This document shows, piece after piece, positions 33,601 through 40,800 of a DNA stretch of 64,000 bases. Made by a program: the position numbers and the translations under genes. Source of the stretch: Trypanosoma brucei (lineage: Eukaryota); assembly GCA_000002445.1 (NCBI GenBank), contig CM000208.1, positions 1,312,001 through 1,376,000 of the forward strand, in the 5' to 3' direction. Below the pieces are notes generated by a model that had not been told where the DNA came from, did no database searches, and worked only from the letters and a program-made list of their open reading frames with translations. Every line of letters starts with the position of its first letter. The stretch's first letter is position 1.

Positions 33601-34057
33601 TTCAGGATTTTACTTTCCTCAAGCATTCCTTACAGGCATTTTACAGAATTTTGCGCGTAAGATGCAAATATCCATTGATACGGTCAGTTACGGCTTCGAG
33701 TGGATGAAAGATGACCCTGAGAAAATCACTAGCCATCCAAAAACTGGTTGCTATGTCCACGGTGTTTTTATTGAAGGTGCAAGGATTGACCGCAGCAGCC
33801 TCAAACTTGTGGAGTCGATGCCGAAGGTGCTGTTCGAACAGGCTCCTTTATTGTGGTTACAACCCATCATAAACAGAGAGAAGCCAACTGATAGTGTTTA
33901 CATTTGCCCACTTTACAAAACCCTGCGTCGTGCAGGTACGCTAAGCACCACTGGGCACTCCACAAACTATGTTCTCACTGTCGAGATACCTACGTCCGTT
34001 TGTCCCAAACACTGGGTGAAGCGCGGCGTTGCTATGGTTTGCGCGTTGAATACGTAA
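21629..34057 (+). CDS. Dynein heavy chain (about 4142 aa), probably axonemal (inner-arm-like) by length
   Basis: The track ORF starts at a GTG at 21572; the first ATG is at 21629. AAA1 P-loop GPAGTGKTE, AAA2 GPTMGGKTS, AAA3 GPTGTGKTV, AAA4 GVGGSGRQS. Coiled-coil stalk and MTBD, AAA5/6 and C-terminal domain present. The tail is short relative to cytoplasmic dyneins. Confidence 0.93.
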   Translation: MSISYKELIALRRAHLARQGQNAPLSPGRSELQASQVGASSETAVVRVDDVSPQLEIEGRPQETLPEWLVDEQQPTVGLSHLPWSQSVEGRYTTEEEVPRAEEPKVMVPHETIKGDLPRMEVMRRWRRRYDKYSLLELLKEKNVVADGRFSWEESEANQSLLPLHVFDNVSYEELSPSDWMSKRDETGGVVCLALPDANVCSWVRGWVTGWDEETNVLTVRLCDAGAATGDPKQTKGTVVRLHRLYVCFNAENPENFAERFAGAYRMRNLLKSVLRQQTFVDAIPTDEFQTVDPYALERVHQLCLNTPKLLQKQDLLQVTKVLNDVRSDYSHVMNRELLNHTVKNGALQELLGGAELPVDRPHVQVQKCGVHELRHNCFRSIVSSFLSNSITARSEIAIAILQRVREGNEVLMARRVFRTSKVPDEQVTLTLNAFEDVQVTSVRENAQFVREKWIPGITEFIKRICSDCDENEDVTLKVRECDYETCKVRGLMNTITLQMEDTLRWVLTNALSEFASFVEECAKYTVKVHSMFDVEVVPHPDLKRARIVPLFKVSLVDGEERNLVWSSSISDFLSMLTEVVYRCLALHTGARSVERRLFTFLFDSHTAFLSSLHDDDPACTSCLRRLTEAVERAGKPLDEYIATFGDVQELIALDVKQYIEDFKQKFPTTKGVEEEILRYNQKQKDVSEMIPRQKDLGLFQVDCTDLKKRLTWKCNQVVNSILDVMLNRANTKATFVINSFQELRDTLVKPTRTPEEVVDRQDFIKAIPEKVFDLQAVISEIQQVYAILDTFHVPFSEEDFNKKWTAISWPARLDDDIIQRQVDLEQTKRSLTLNLRKSQEAFSEKVVQLQHTVASFNRRSNVNKMNEIVGDVNNILENIRQLLETANEFNTHENLLLLEKTDYTMVRDLQSDFEPYASLWLTVHDWNVALREWQARPFPEIDAEAMEKRVMNNYHTISRCCVDPKLTELLTEIAKKTKAKIEEFQPILPFVKFLRTEGMKDRHWDQISKEIGRDIRPGKTIMTISDVKPLMTVEYEEILLRISEVASREYQIETSLRKMKEEWEKISFDVQPYKSTGCYLVTKDAVDTIQEVLDDQMLITQSLGFSPFKKMFEADIAAWEASLKRVQCVMDEWLICQKAWLYLEPIFQSEDITRQLPRETERFKKVNGNWHYLTNEAHEKKLVLDFCAIPDSLSKFKDNNDELELIQRGLNQYLASKRSAFARFYFLSDDELLTILSEARDPRKIQPHFRKLFENIMEIDMRDPGNEMFGMYSQMREYVPFDQGILPRRNIENWLSEIEHMMRISIRSQLSKGVKDCAEKGRQNLILNAPGQVAIAVSQIMWTASCESSIKEHGSLEPYMPKARENLMSLVETVRQPLSTLQRVNISGLITIEVHAKDIVEKLTEDKVDSIYAFEWISQLRSYWENNDCYLRQVEAQFQYGGEYLGNSTRLVVTPLTDRIYLTLTGAMHMFLGGAPAGPAGTGKTETVKDLAKAVAKQCVVFNCQEGMTYASMGKFFKGLAQAGAWACFDEFNRIDVEVLSVVAQQVSTLQEASRSKQFRIPFEGTEIIVDPSYSVFITMNPGYAGRTELPDNLKVLFRPVACMVPDYAMIAEIRLFSFGYSNSRTLAQKMVATFRLSSEQLSSQDHYDFGMRAVNTVISAAGLMKRECPDEEEDVLLLRALHDSNAPKFLDEDLLLFSGIISDLFPGVELPTRDYGSLLSTLKEKAVTFRVEPTDMFLKKCIQLYEMNILRHGQMLVGPTMGGKTSASRVLQAAMTKLRVELNEERYAQVCIHALNPKSITMAQLYGGFDDATGEWRDGLIGELFRIAARDTTDTKQWIYFDGPVDALWIESMNTVLDDNKKLCLISGEIIAMTPYMSCWFEVEDLAVASPATVSRAGMIYMEPLGCIGVDAFIKTWKDYRLPSSMEPYKDELEKLCSELFPLLIEFVQQQVVEYCPSVWPNLLISCFNIYEVLLEPFTPTRIAEVPEEQLTKLKAVYMHLFVFSVVWSFGATGDRESRKPFDCFLRTSLANLGVLISLPPIGCIQDYEFCVEQGRWIPWTERLPPFMAKVTANTFAEIIVPTADVVCYKFLNRLLLQKSFHTLCCGPTGTGKTVVLQQLLMHEMPKEFTPIFFTFSARTSANQTQDLIFSKFEVRRRATPQIWGAPVNKKFVILIDDMNMPVKEQYGAQPPIEILRQYMDYKGWYDRKTREFFNIVDIVFSGAMGPPGGGRTHISQRFLRHFNLIAFPEVNEGSMDRIFGSILDAYFKPFSEEVCQLLPQVLKASIAVFNTVTKSLRPTPSRSHYLFNLRDLAKVISGLIMATPETTNCAVGLLRLWIHEEMRTFKDRLITDADRQWFDQQLRKQVEERFHMRFSEVVPPERGTDGLLFADFIGKKDVANRYQEVTSPEELVAVLKKKLDEYNFVAFHKLHIVMFSYAVEHICRIARATRKPNGHVLLLGVGGSGRQSLSRIAAFINDFETFQVEITKGYSTNAWREDIKKALRRVAFQNKQVLFLFTDTQIVHEAMLEDVNNLLNSGEVPNLFEGPDLDEVFTAMKPVCIAENISLDKVGMYARFVKFCKFNLHVSLCMSPLGETFRGRLRMFPALVNCCTIDWFTAWPAQALHSVAHNYLSNMKLLTPKEVESCTELCVMIHESVEKMSERFLEETRRHAYVTPTSFLELLQTFKLILESQTAKGNITKQRLQNGMEKLRETEDAVAGLQQSLAENQPILLQKSESIKKLMEEIIVQTESAEETKQEAEKEEAAVAAKQRECASIEAEAQEQLSEALPELDRALDSLANLKSSQITEVAGYKAPTPGVVMTMQGIAILFQIKPVMRAGGPMEEKKPDYWATAKEQLLNNPNALLQRLINYDREHINERLIQAVMPLVSSEDFTPKKIAGASQACAAMCQWTHAMVKFHYVNKKVEPLRQRLAVAQEDNRVFQEKLRIAQVRLEAVAMKLERLQDDKTRAENEMQELEQVVRMTELKLARADMLIDGLGGEKKNWTNTVREIDENFKYLVGDMLAAAGQIAYVGPFTATYRSELLTQWTAELDRHKLVHHPQLSVFYTMQDPIVTQGWNVNGLPTDMLSVENALIMSNARRWPLMIDPQTQANKWIRQTYPDGLEILKPTQKDLVKRIEYAVRSGRPVLLENVGENIDATLAPLLAKQTFIEGGQEMIRLSEHPIPWNPDFKFFMTTKLPNPHYIPEVMVQVTLLNFFITPQGLEDQLLGVVVGQERKELEMRRSDLIKTNAAMRAEVANIQTTILRKMEEVKGDILDDESLIEYLKQSKTTTKEINDKVAEAEQAEIEINASRELYRPVSRHSSCLYFCCATLSNVDPMYQYSLQWFVRLFINGIESSEASDNLETRLQNLQDYFTYSFYQNISRSLFEKHKIMFSFYLCIRILQQKDAIDESEFRFLLQGPSVTFKTMPNPSPSWLTESTWLDLCYLSKKFPVFNGFEAHISRNVDFYRGIFMSPSAHKEALLPPYEKEVTPLQRMMFLRCLRPDKLMEAVQDFVSSELGERFIRPPPFDLFTSFKESSPTAPLIFILSQGADPFEDWKKFAEQNNMGKKLSDISLGQGQGPRAERMLQEGMENGTWVLLQNCHLATSWMPTLERLVEGMKYGIHSSFRLWLTSMPSPHFPATVLQNGVKITNEPPKGMRANVTRSVLSYRPDYLDTCKKSTEFKKLFFAMSFFHALIQERRKFGPLGWNIPYEYTSGDLGCCVAQIRMFLDKYEEIPYKVIKELSGNIHYGGRVTDDWDRRTLNTLLEVFVHPDVMKDGYKFSPSGTYNSIPVGSQKSYLDYIETWPMNTNPEIFGLHENADITCARNETFETLEAILSLQGEAAPKSASGQSPDEVVVELAKLIRKRVSEPFNIPDFQKKYPTMYEDSMNTVLVQEAIRFNRLTAVVRETLEALPLAIKGEVLMSRELEEAYRCLYNNQVPAQWAERAYPSLKPLGAWVDDLVMRLEMISSWYEEGHPSVYWISGFYFPQAFLTGILQNFARKMQISIDTVSYGFEWMKDDPEKITSHPKTGCYVHGVFIEGARIDRSSLKLVESMPKVLFEQAPLLWLQPIINREKPTDSVYICPLYKTLRRAGTLSTTGHSTNYVLTVEIPTSVCPKHWVKRGVAMVCALNT

Positions 34058-35339
34058 AAACATTCGTCGAAACGCCATGTACCTGAGAGGAGGTCATTAT
34101 TTCCTGTTTTTGTTGTGTGTCTGTGTAAACCTGTTTATGTGTTTAGTTGTCTTTTTTGTTGTTGGTTGACTTGAACATTTAGATGCAGGACAGTTCCGTC
34201 TACTTATTTTTCTTACCCACCTCCCCTTTTTTATCTTTTTTTCTCCTTCGTTAACTTTTCAAACCCACTTTATGTACACAGTATTCTATAGAGAAATAAG
34301 GGGGGGGAAGAGACCGTTTTTCTTTGATGACTCGGGACTTTCCAGTGGGTGGATGTACACGTTCGATACGCCATGAGTATGTATTTCTCTACACCCATAT
34401 ACATCTCGTACTAACTTTCTTTTATTTCTGAACCTCGCACTTCAAGACTCGTACTTGTATTTTCCCCGTTCACCATATTTCATTTCCTCTCTTCCTCCAT
34501 CTTTTTGTTCCTTCGGATAATATACGTTACATATAGCGTCCTTATATTCAGCAAGGGGGGAAAATGACAGAAACAGCAACAGTTCGATGATTTGGGTGGC
34601 AATTCGACTACCTCATTGCGACCTATGGTGAGGTTATTGTTTTTTTTGTACGTGTGGGAGGGGAATTCGCTACTACTTTCTGTGGGGGGATTGACTCGCT
34701 GCAATTTCCTCTTGTGAACATATGAGTCGCGTGTCTTGCGTTACCATGATCGGACAGAGTGATGGTGAAGGGCATATGCTTTTGTTATGCAATATGTGTG
34801 CTGGTGAAGTAATTATTCCGTGTGTGTGTTTGTGTGTGATCTACCTTCTCATTGGTATCATATATGTGATGCTGTGGTGTGTAACGTGCTCGAGTGGATG
34901 TATGAATAAAATGAGACTACGACAGAATATTTCATTTCTTCGTTTTCTAATGCTCTTGTCCTACACAACTCCTCAATGTAGTCAAGTGACAAATCTATTA
35001 ATGTGTCCCCACCTGTTGTTTCCGATCCTTACGGCCATTTCCCGTCAACAACACGCGCTGCATGTAAATATGCAGAGATTCGTACAACTCTGTAGTTTGT
35101 GGAATAGCGCAAGTTGTTTTAGAGGTTGAATGAACCCGGGTTGAGTTGCATAGAGCTACGATTACAATGGAGGTACAAGCTATCAACACGGATTGAAGGA
35201 GAGGTATAACTAATGCAGGTATACGAGTATTTAAATAGTGTATATTACCTCTTCCCTTTGAGGGCAAATATATTCTTAACTTTATAACAAAGAATAGGTG
35301 TACAACGTTAATGTATACAATACTTCTGGTTTGCTGTTT

Positions 35340-35412
35340 TAAAAATTATTGTCTTTGTTCCTTTTTCGTACAAATTACTGTTACGACTTCACTTCCCCTT
35401 CCTGTTGGTCTT
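35340..35412 (+). promoter_or_regulatory. Pyrimidine-rich tract upstream of S10 copy 1 (candidate splice-acceptor region)
   Basis: ttattgtctttgttcctttttcgtacaaattactgttacgacttcacttccccttcctgttggtcttcttcatt. Confidence 0.4.
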
Positions 35413-35451
35413 CTTCATTTATGCCTGACCACCGGACAGCGCATCAGTAAC

Positions 35452-35970
35452 ATGACCACATACGTCCCAAAGAGCTCGCGCGATGATGTATACCGCTTCT
35501 TCTTCACGGAGGGCGTTGTTTCCTGCAAGAAGGACCCCCTCGGCACGTGGAAGGGAACTCTTGGTGGCAAGACGTTCAAGCTTCCCACTCTACAGGTAAT
35601 GCAACTGATGCGTTCCCTGAAGAGCCGTGGCCTCATTAAGGAGCAATTCGCCTGGCGCCACTTCTACTGGACTCTAAATGATGAAGGCATCAACTACATG
35701 CGGAAATACCTCTATCTGGGAGCAGATGCTGTGCCGAACACTCACAAGGTGGATCACAAGACCTTTGAACGCGAAGGCGGACGCGGGCGTGGGCGCGGTG
35801 ATGGCCGTGGCCGTGGGCGCGGGTTCGGACGTGGCCGTGGCGAGGGCCGTGGCTTCGGACGTGGACGCGGTGAAGGCCGTGGCCGTGGTTTCCATAGTGA
35901 GCGCGACCAGTACCGCGCCGGTGCTGCTGCCCAAGGCGAGGATGCCGCGCCCGTTGCTGCGGTTGAGTAG
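35452..35970 (+). CDS. RPS10: 40S ribosomal protein S10 (eS10) with RGG/GRG-repeat C-terminus, copy 1 (172 aa)
   Basis: Homology starts at the internal ATG at 35452 (MTTYVPKSSRDDVYRFFF...INYMRKYL). The C-terminal GRGRGRGDGRGRGRGFGRGRGEGRGFGRGRGEGRGRG is typical of kinetoplastid S10. Confidence 0.9.
   Translation: MTTYVPKSSRDDVYRFFFTEGVVSCKKDPLGTWKGTLGGKTFKLPTLQVMQLMRSLKSRGLIKEQFAWRHFYWTLNDEGINYMRKYLYLGADAVPNTHKVDHKTFEREGGRGRGRGDGRGRGRGFGRGRGEGRGFGRGRGEGRGRGFHSERDQYRAGAAAQGEDAAPVAAVE
35767..35890 (+). repeat. GRG/RGG coding minisatellite within S10 (ggccgtggc / ggacgcggg units); repeated identically at about 37202..37325
   Basis: Periodic gg(c/a)cg(t/c)gg(c/t) units encoding the (G-R-G)n low-complexity tail. 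Confidence 0.8.
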
Positions 35971-36187
35971 GAACGGTTTGGGTTACTGATGGCATTGTGT
36001 TTGTGTGGTGTTTATTTTACTAATTTATGCTTAACTGCGTCTCGTCTTGGTCATCTTACGGTGGTCATTGTTGGTCGTTGGTTTCTACAACCACTAAATG
36101 GCTGAGCGGTTATTTTTGTTTAAGGGGGCTGGAGGCGGACTCTATCATTCTTATGATTCTTTTTGTTTTTCCCAAACTAGGTAGACA

Positions 36188-36607
36188 GTGAGTGCTGACG
36201 GGTCCGAAGACTTGTGCGATGATGTGTACCGCTTCTTCAGGGAGGGCGTTGTTTGCTCCGAGAAGGACCCCCTCGGCGCGTGGAAGGGAAGTCTTGGCGA
36301 GAAAACTTTTAAAATTCTCAATGCGCAGTTTACAGAAGTGTTAAAATCGCCAAAGAGTCATGGCCTTGTCAAAGAACAGTCTCCTCGGCACAGCGTGTGG
36401 TGGACGCTGAATGTCGACGGCGTGAACTACATGCGGAAATACCTCTGCTTAGACGGGGATGTGATGCCGCCCCGTGACAAAGTGGATGCGGAGCCACACA
36501 AAAGCGACGCCACAAATGGCAGTTGTGGTGGGCGCGGAGGGGGTGGGAGACGCGGTGGATTCGGTTTTTTTTGGGAGGGGTGGTCCTCCTCCTACAGCAG
36601 AAGATAG
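36188..36607 (+). pseudogene. Degenerate S10-like paralog between the two S10 genes; no ATG start (begins at GTG directly after an in-frame TAG); probably a pseudogene or highly divergent relic
   Basis: Translation ...DVYRFFREGVVCSEKDPLGAWKGSLGEKTFKIL...WWTLNVDGVNYMRKYL...GGRGGGGRRGGFGFF aligns with S10 along its whole length but is strongly diverged. In-frame TAG at 36182..36184, then ACA, then GTG. The first in-frame ATG lies deep inside the conserved core. Confidence 0.6.
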
Positions 36608-36886
36608 GAATGGATTTCCTTCGGTTGAGAAATGAGAACTTTTGGGTTCTTGTGTGACGGTTTGTCCGCAGAGTGACTTGTTAATTTTCATCAATACATA
36701 CACCCCTTAAAGTCTTCCCAGCGTGGAGTAGGCTATGCGCTACGTTACCGTTCTCATTTTGTTTCCTCGAAATATTAAGTCAAATTTATCTAAATTTGTA
36801 TCTTGGTTTAGGGTAGCCGACCACATCTTTGCTATTATCGCTCTATTCCACCTTTTTTTTCTTTTACAACGACAAATAGGCAAACA

Positions 36887-37405
36887 ATGACCACATACGT
36901 CCCAAAGAGCTCGCGCGATGATGTATACCGCTTCTTCTTCACGGAGGGCGTTGTTTCCTGCAAGAAGGACCCCCTCGGCACGTGGAAGGGAACTCTTGGT
37001 GGCAAGACGTTCAAGCTTCCCACTCTACAGGTAATGCAACTGATGCGTTCCCTGAAGAGCCGTGGCCTCATTAAGGAGCAATTCGCCTGGCGCCACTTCT
37101 ACTGGACTCTAAATGATGAAGGCATCAACTACATGCGGAAATACCTCTATCTGGGAGCAGATGCTGTGCCGAACACTCACAAGGTGGATCACAAGACCTT
37201 TGAACGCGAAGGCGGACGCGGGCGTGGGCGCGGTGATGGCCGTGGCCGTGGGCGCGGGTTCGGACGTGGCCGTGGCGAGGGCCGTGGCTTCGGACGTGGA
37301 CGCGGTGAAGGCCGTGGCCGTGGTTTCCATAGTGAGCGCGACCAGTACCGCGCCGGTGCTGCTGCCCAAGGCGAGGATGCCGCGCCCGTTGCTGCGGTTG
37401 AGTAG
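36887..37405 (+). CDS. RPS10: 40S ribosomal protein S10 (eS10), copy 2 (172 aa), nucleotide-identical CDS to copy 1
   Basis: The CDS is identical to 35452..35970 and about 18 nt after the stop (gaacggtttgggtta) is also identical. The flanks on both sides are unrelated. Confidence 0.9.
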   Translation: MTTYVPKSSRDDVYRFFFTEGVVSCKKDPLGTWKGTLGGKTFKLPTLQVMQLMRSLKSRGLIKEQFAWRHFYWTLNDEGINYMRKYLYLGADAVPNTHKVDHKTFEREGGRGRGRGDGRGRGRGFGRGRGEGRGFGRGRGEGRGRGFHSERDQYRAGAAAQGEDAAPVAAVE

Positions 37406-37842
37406 GAACGGTTTGGGTTATTCGTTTACCATCTCCATTCATAATTTTTCACACCCGTTTTCTTAAATTTGAAGATGTTTCATTTTATATTTTTAATCCT
37501 ATACTAAGGAGGAAAATTGTGTGCTCTGCTTTACTTTTGTTAGTGTCAAGCAATGTTATTATTAGTTAGCTACTTCTCCTTGCCTGTTTTTCTCGTGTCT
37601 ACCCTTGTTTCAATACTATCGTTGTGGACTTATATCCGCTCAAATTCATAACGTGAGGCTTAGTTCAATACAGAAATAGAACTTTTGCATTTGGGTGTGA
37701 AGTCACAATTGAGGGGAAAGGGGTGTGGTGAGGTGGCAACAAAGTTCAAAGGACAAAAAATCGGAGAAAGAGTAGAAGGGGAAGGTAAGATTTTCTTTTC
37801 TGTGCTGCTTCGTTTTGATCGCCTCTTAATATATTGTTTTCT

Positions 37843-40800
37843 ATGCTTAACACTGTGAAATGGGCTGAGCACTCAGGTGCCGAAGACGAGCCTAACCCAC
37901 CCGTCTACTCCCTCTCCTATCATCCGAGTGGAGAAACGATCGTGGCGGGTTGCGGTGTTCGTGTGGTGGTGTTCGATGCAACCACCGGCGCTGTGCGACT
38001 CTCACTCAAGGGACATACAGACGCGGTCTACACAGTGACGTGTTTCTCAGATGGCAAGTATTTTGCCAGTGGAGGGGCTGACAAGACAGTTATTCTGTGG
38101 ACTATCGATGGAGAGGGTGTATTGAAGTATCAGCACCGAGAGTCCGTACAGGCGCTGGCACACAACCCTGTAACGGGAGGACTTGTTTCAGTTGCAGGTC
38201 GCGATTACGGTACGTGGTCGGCTGAACAAATGAAAGTTGGGAAATCTTCATTACCAGCAAAGGGGCTTTGTTGCGCGTGGTCACGCAATGGACAAACATT
38301 GGCTATTGGTCTCTCTGACGGCAGTATCATTTTCGTACCTTCTCAGGGTGGTGAGAAGGTTACAGTGAAGCGCACTGCACCCGTTTGGGCGGTGGTATTC
38401 TCTCCTATTTCGGAAAGCGGAGCTGACGTCCTCGTCGTGGGGTCTTGTGATCGCCGTCTCTCCTTTTACACCAGCGACGGTAAGCCGGCAAGCAAAGAGA
38501 AGGAAATTTCCTGTGAACCATGCTCGCTCAGCTTTTATGGGGGAGGCAAGTTTTTGCTTGTTGGGGGGAGCAACTGCGAGGTTTCCCTCTTCACAAAGGA
38601 CGGCAACTTGCTTGTGAAAGTAGCCGATGCGGACGATTGCATATGGTCCGTACAGGCCAGCCCAAAGCATCAACAGCTGTGTTGCGGGACAAACAGCGGT
38701 GTTTTGAAGGTGGTGGATATAAATATACCAGTGGTACACAGCATTTTCAATGATCAGTTTGTATTTCGCGACAAAATGTCTGACGCCGTCGTTCACCAAC
38801 TTACGCTTGACAAGCGACTGCGTATTCCATGCAATGGCTACATCATCAAGCTGGCTGTTTATAGGGATCGCGTAGCTGTACAACTGTGTGATAAATTCAT
38901 AGTGTTCGAGTTGTTCTATGACGATGAGCGGAAGATGAAATTTCAGAACGTTGCAATCATCCGTAAACGGGTGAGCTGTGATCACCTTTGTGTTACTTTC
39001 AATGGTCTTGTGATATGCTGTGATCGTCGCCTAACCATGTATGATTTCCAGGGTAATATGCGCCAGGAGTGGACAGTGGAAAGCTCTGTTTGCTGCATCA
39101 AAGTGATTGGGGGAGTTGAAGGGAGGGAATGCCTTCTGCTTGGATTAAAGAACGGTTTGACGCTTCGTATGTTTGTCGATAATCCCTTCCCGACCACGCT
39201 GGCGAAGGTAAATAATTCAGTCAAGGCTCTTGATCTCAGTTGCGACAAGACGAAACTGGCGGTCGTCGATGATAACGGGTTGCTGCAAGCGTTTGATTTG
39301 CGGAACAAGAATGAGGTTCTCTTCATGGCAAATGGTGTTCAAGCGGTGGCGTGGAATTCAGAGTATGACGATATGATTTGCTACACAACTGCGGTAAATA
39401 CATTGAACATAAAGACCGGGGCTCTGCCTCCACATGAGCAGAGATTGCCGGGGTACGTTATTGGATTCAAGGCCAATCGTGTGTTCAATGTTTGTGGTAC
39501 TATTGTAGACAAGATTGATGTACCGCATTCCCAGTCTCTGTATCGGTACATAGAAAAGAGGGATTTTGAATCTGCACACCGCATCGCCCGTCTTGGCGTA
39601 CCCGATGGGGATTGGAAAATGCTTGGCATGCACGCGATGATGCACCTGCAACTCGACGTTGCTCGGAAGGCGTTTATTAACATCCGTGAGGTTAAACTCG
39701 TCGAACTGCTTAACCGCCTGGAGATGCAGCAGCGTCTAAAGGGCTCCAAAGGTGAAGAAGATGATGGACTCCTTATGGGTGATATTTTTGCTTTTCAAGG
39801 AAAGTATCAGGAGGCGTCACGACACTTCTTAAAGGCTGGACATGAAAATAAAGCGATTGATATGTTCTGTGACTTAAAAATGTGGACTGATGCGCAGCGC
39901 GTCTGTAGCAACGAATCTCATTTAAAGGAGTTGATTCGGCAGCAGGCGCGGTGGGCGGAGGATTCGGAGAACTATATTGAGGCTGCGGCGTTGTTTCAAG
40001 CTTGTGGGGACAAATCCAGAGCTATTGCAATGTTGTGTAATGCTGGTGACGCAGATAAGTTGATGGAGATGTGCCGTGCGATGTCCAAGTCTGAGGTGGC
40101 TCTCATTACGGAGTGTGCGAACTACTTTAAGAAGCAAAAGTTAATGCAGCCCGCGATGTACGCTTATGAGAAGGTTGGTGACTATCGCTCACTTATATGT
40201 CTTCATATGGAAATGAAAGAGTGGCGAAAGGCCTTTGCCCTCCTTGATCTTTATCCGCAATACATTCGTGAGGTGTACGTACCATGGGCCAACTGGCTGG
40301 CAGATAATGGGAATTTCACGGCGGCACTTGATGCATACCGTAAAGCCAAGTGGCCCAGGGAAGCTGTGCGCATGATGGAATCTCTTGCAGCCAACAGTGT
40401 GATATGCCGGAGGTTTCAAGAAGCGGCTTTTTATTTCATCCACTTAGCAGGAGAGTACGGAGTGCTAGAGGATGATCAGCAGCTTACCGAAGCAGAGTGG
40501 GCCGTCCGTATGAAGCGTAGCGCTGAGTGCGTCCGCCGCGCAGAAATTTACTACGCTTACCACTTTGTTTACCTACACGTGACCCAGCCTTTCACCTACG
40601 ATGAGGTAACATTGTTCAACGCTTCGAGGTTCGTAATTGCAATGACCAGTAACACCACTGTTCCTCTCAATGTTGGTAGAGGTGAGGTACTCTACACGCT
40701 GGCGCATATTGCTAGTCAATTAGATATGACGCGCACTGCGCGTATGGCCTTTGAGCGGCTGCACAACGTTGTACTGCCCACTAAAGTAATGGAGCAAATA

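Noticed and set aside
34722-35129. 135-aa plus-strand ORF in the dynein-S10 intergenic region (a further ORF at 34998..35267 is minus-strand)
   Set aside because: Hydrophobic, Cys-rich, low-complexity translation in pyrimidine- and G-rich spacer. It has no upstream splice-acceptor context of its own and no similarity to anything. It is more likely spacer or 3' UTR.
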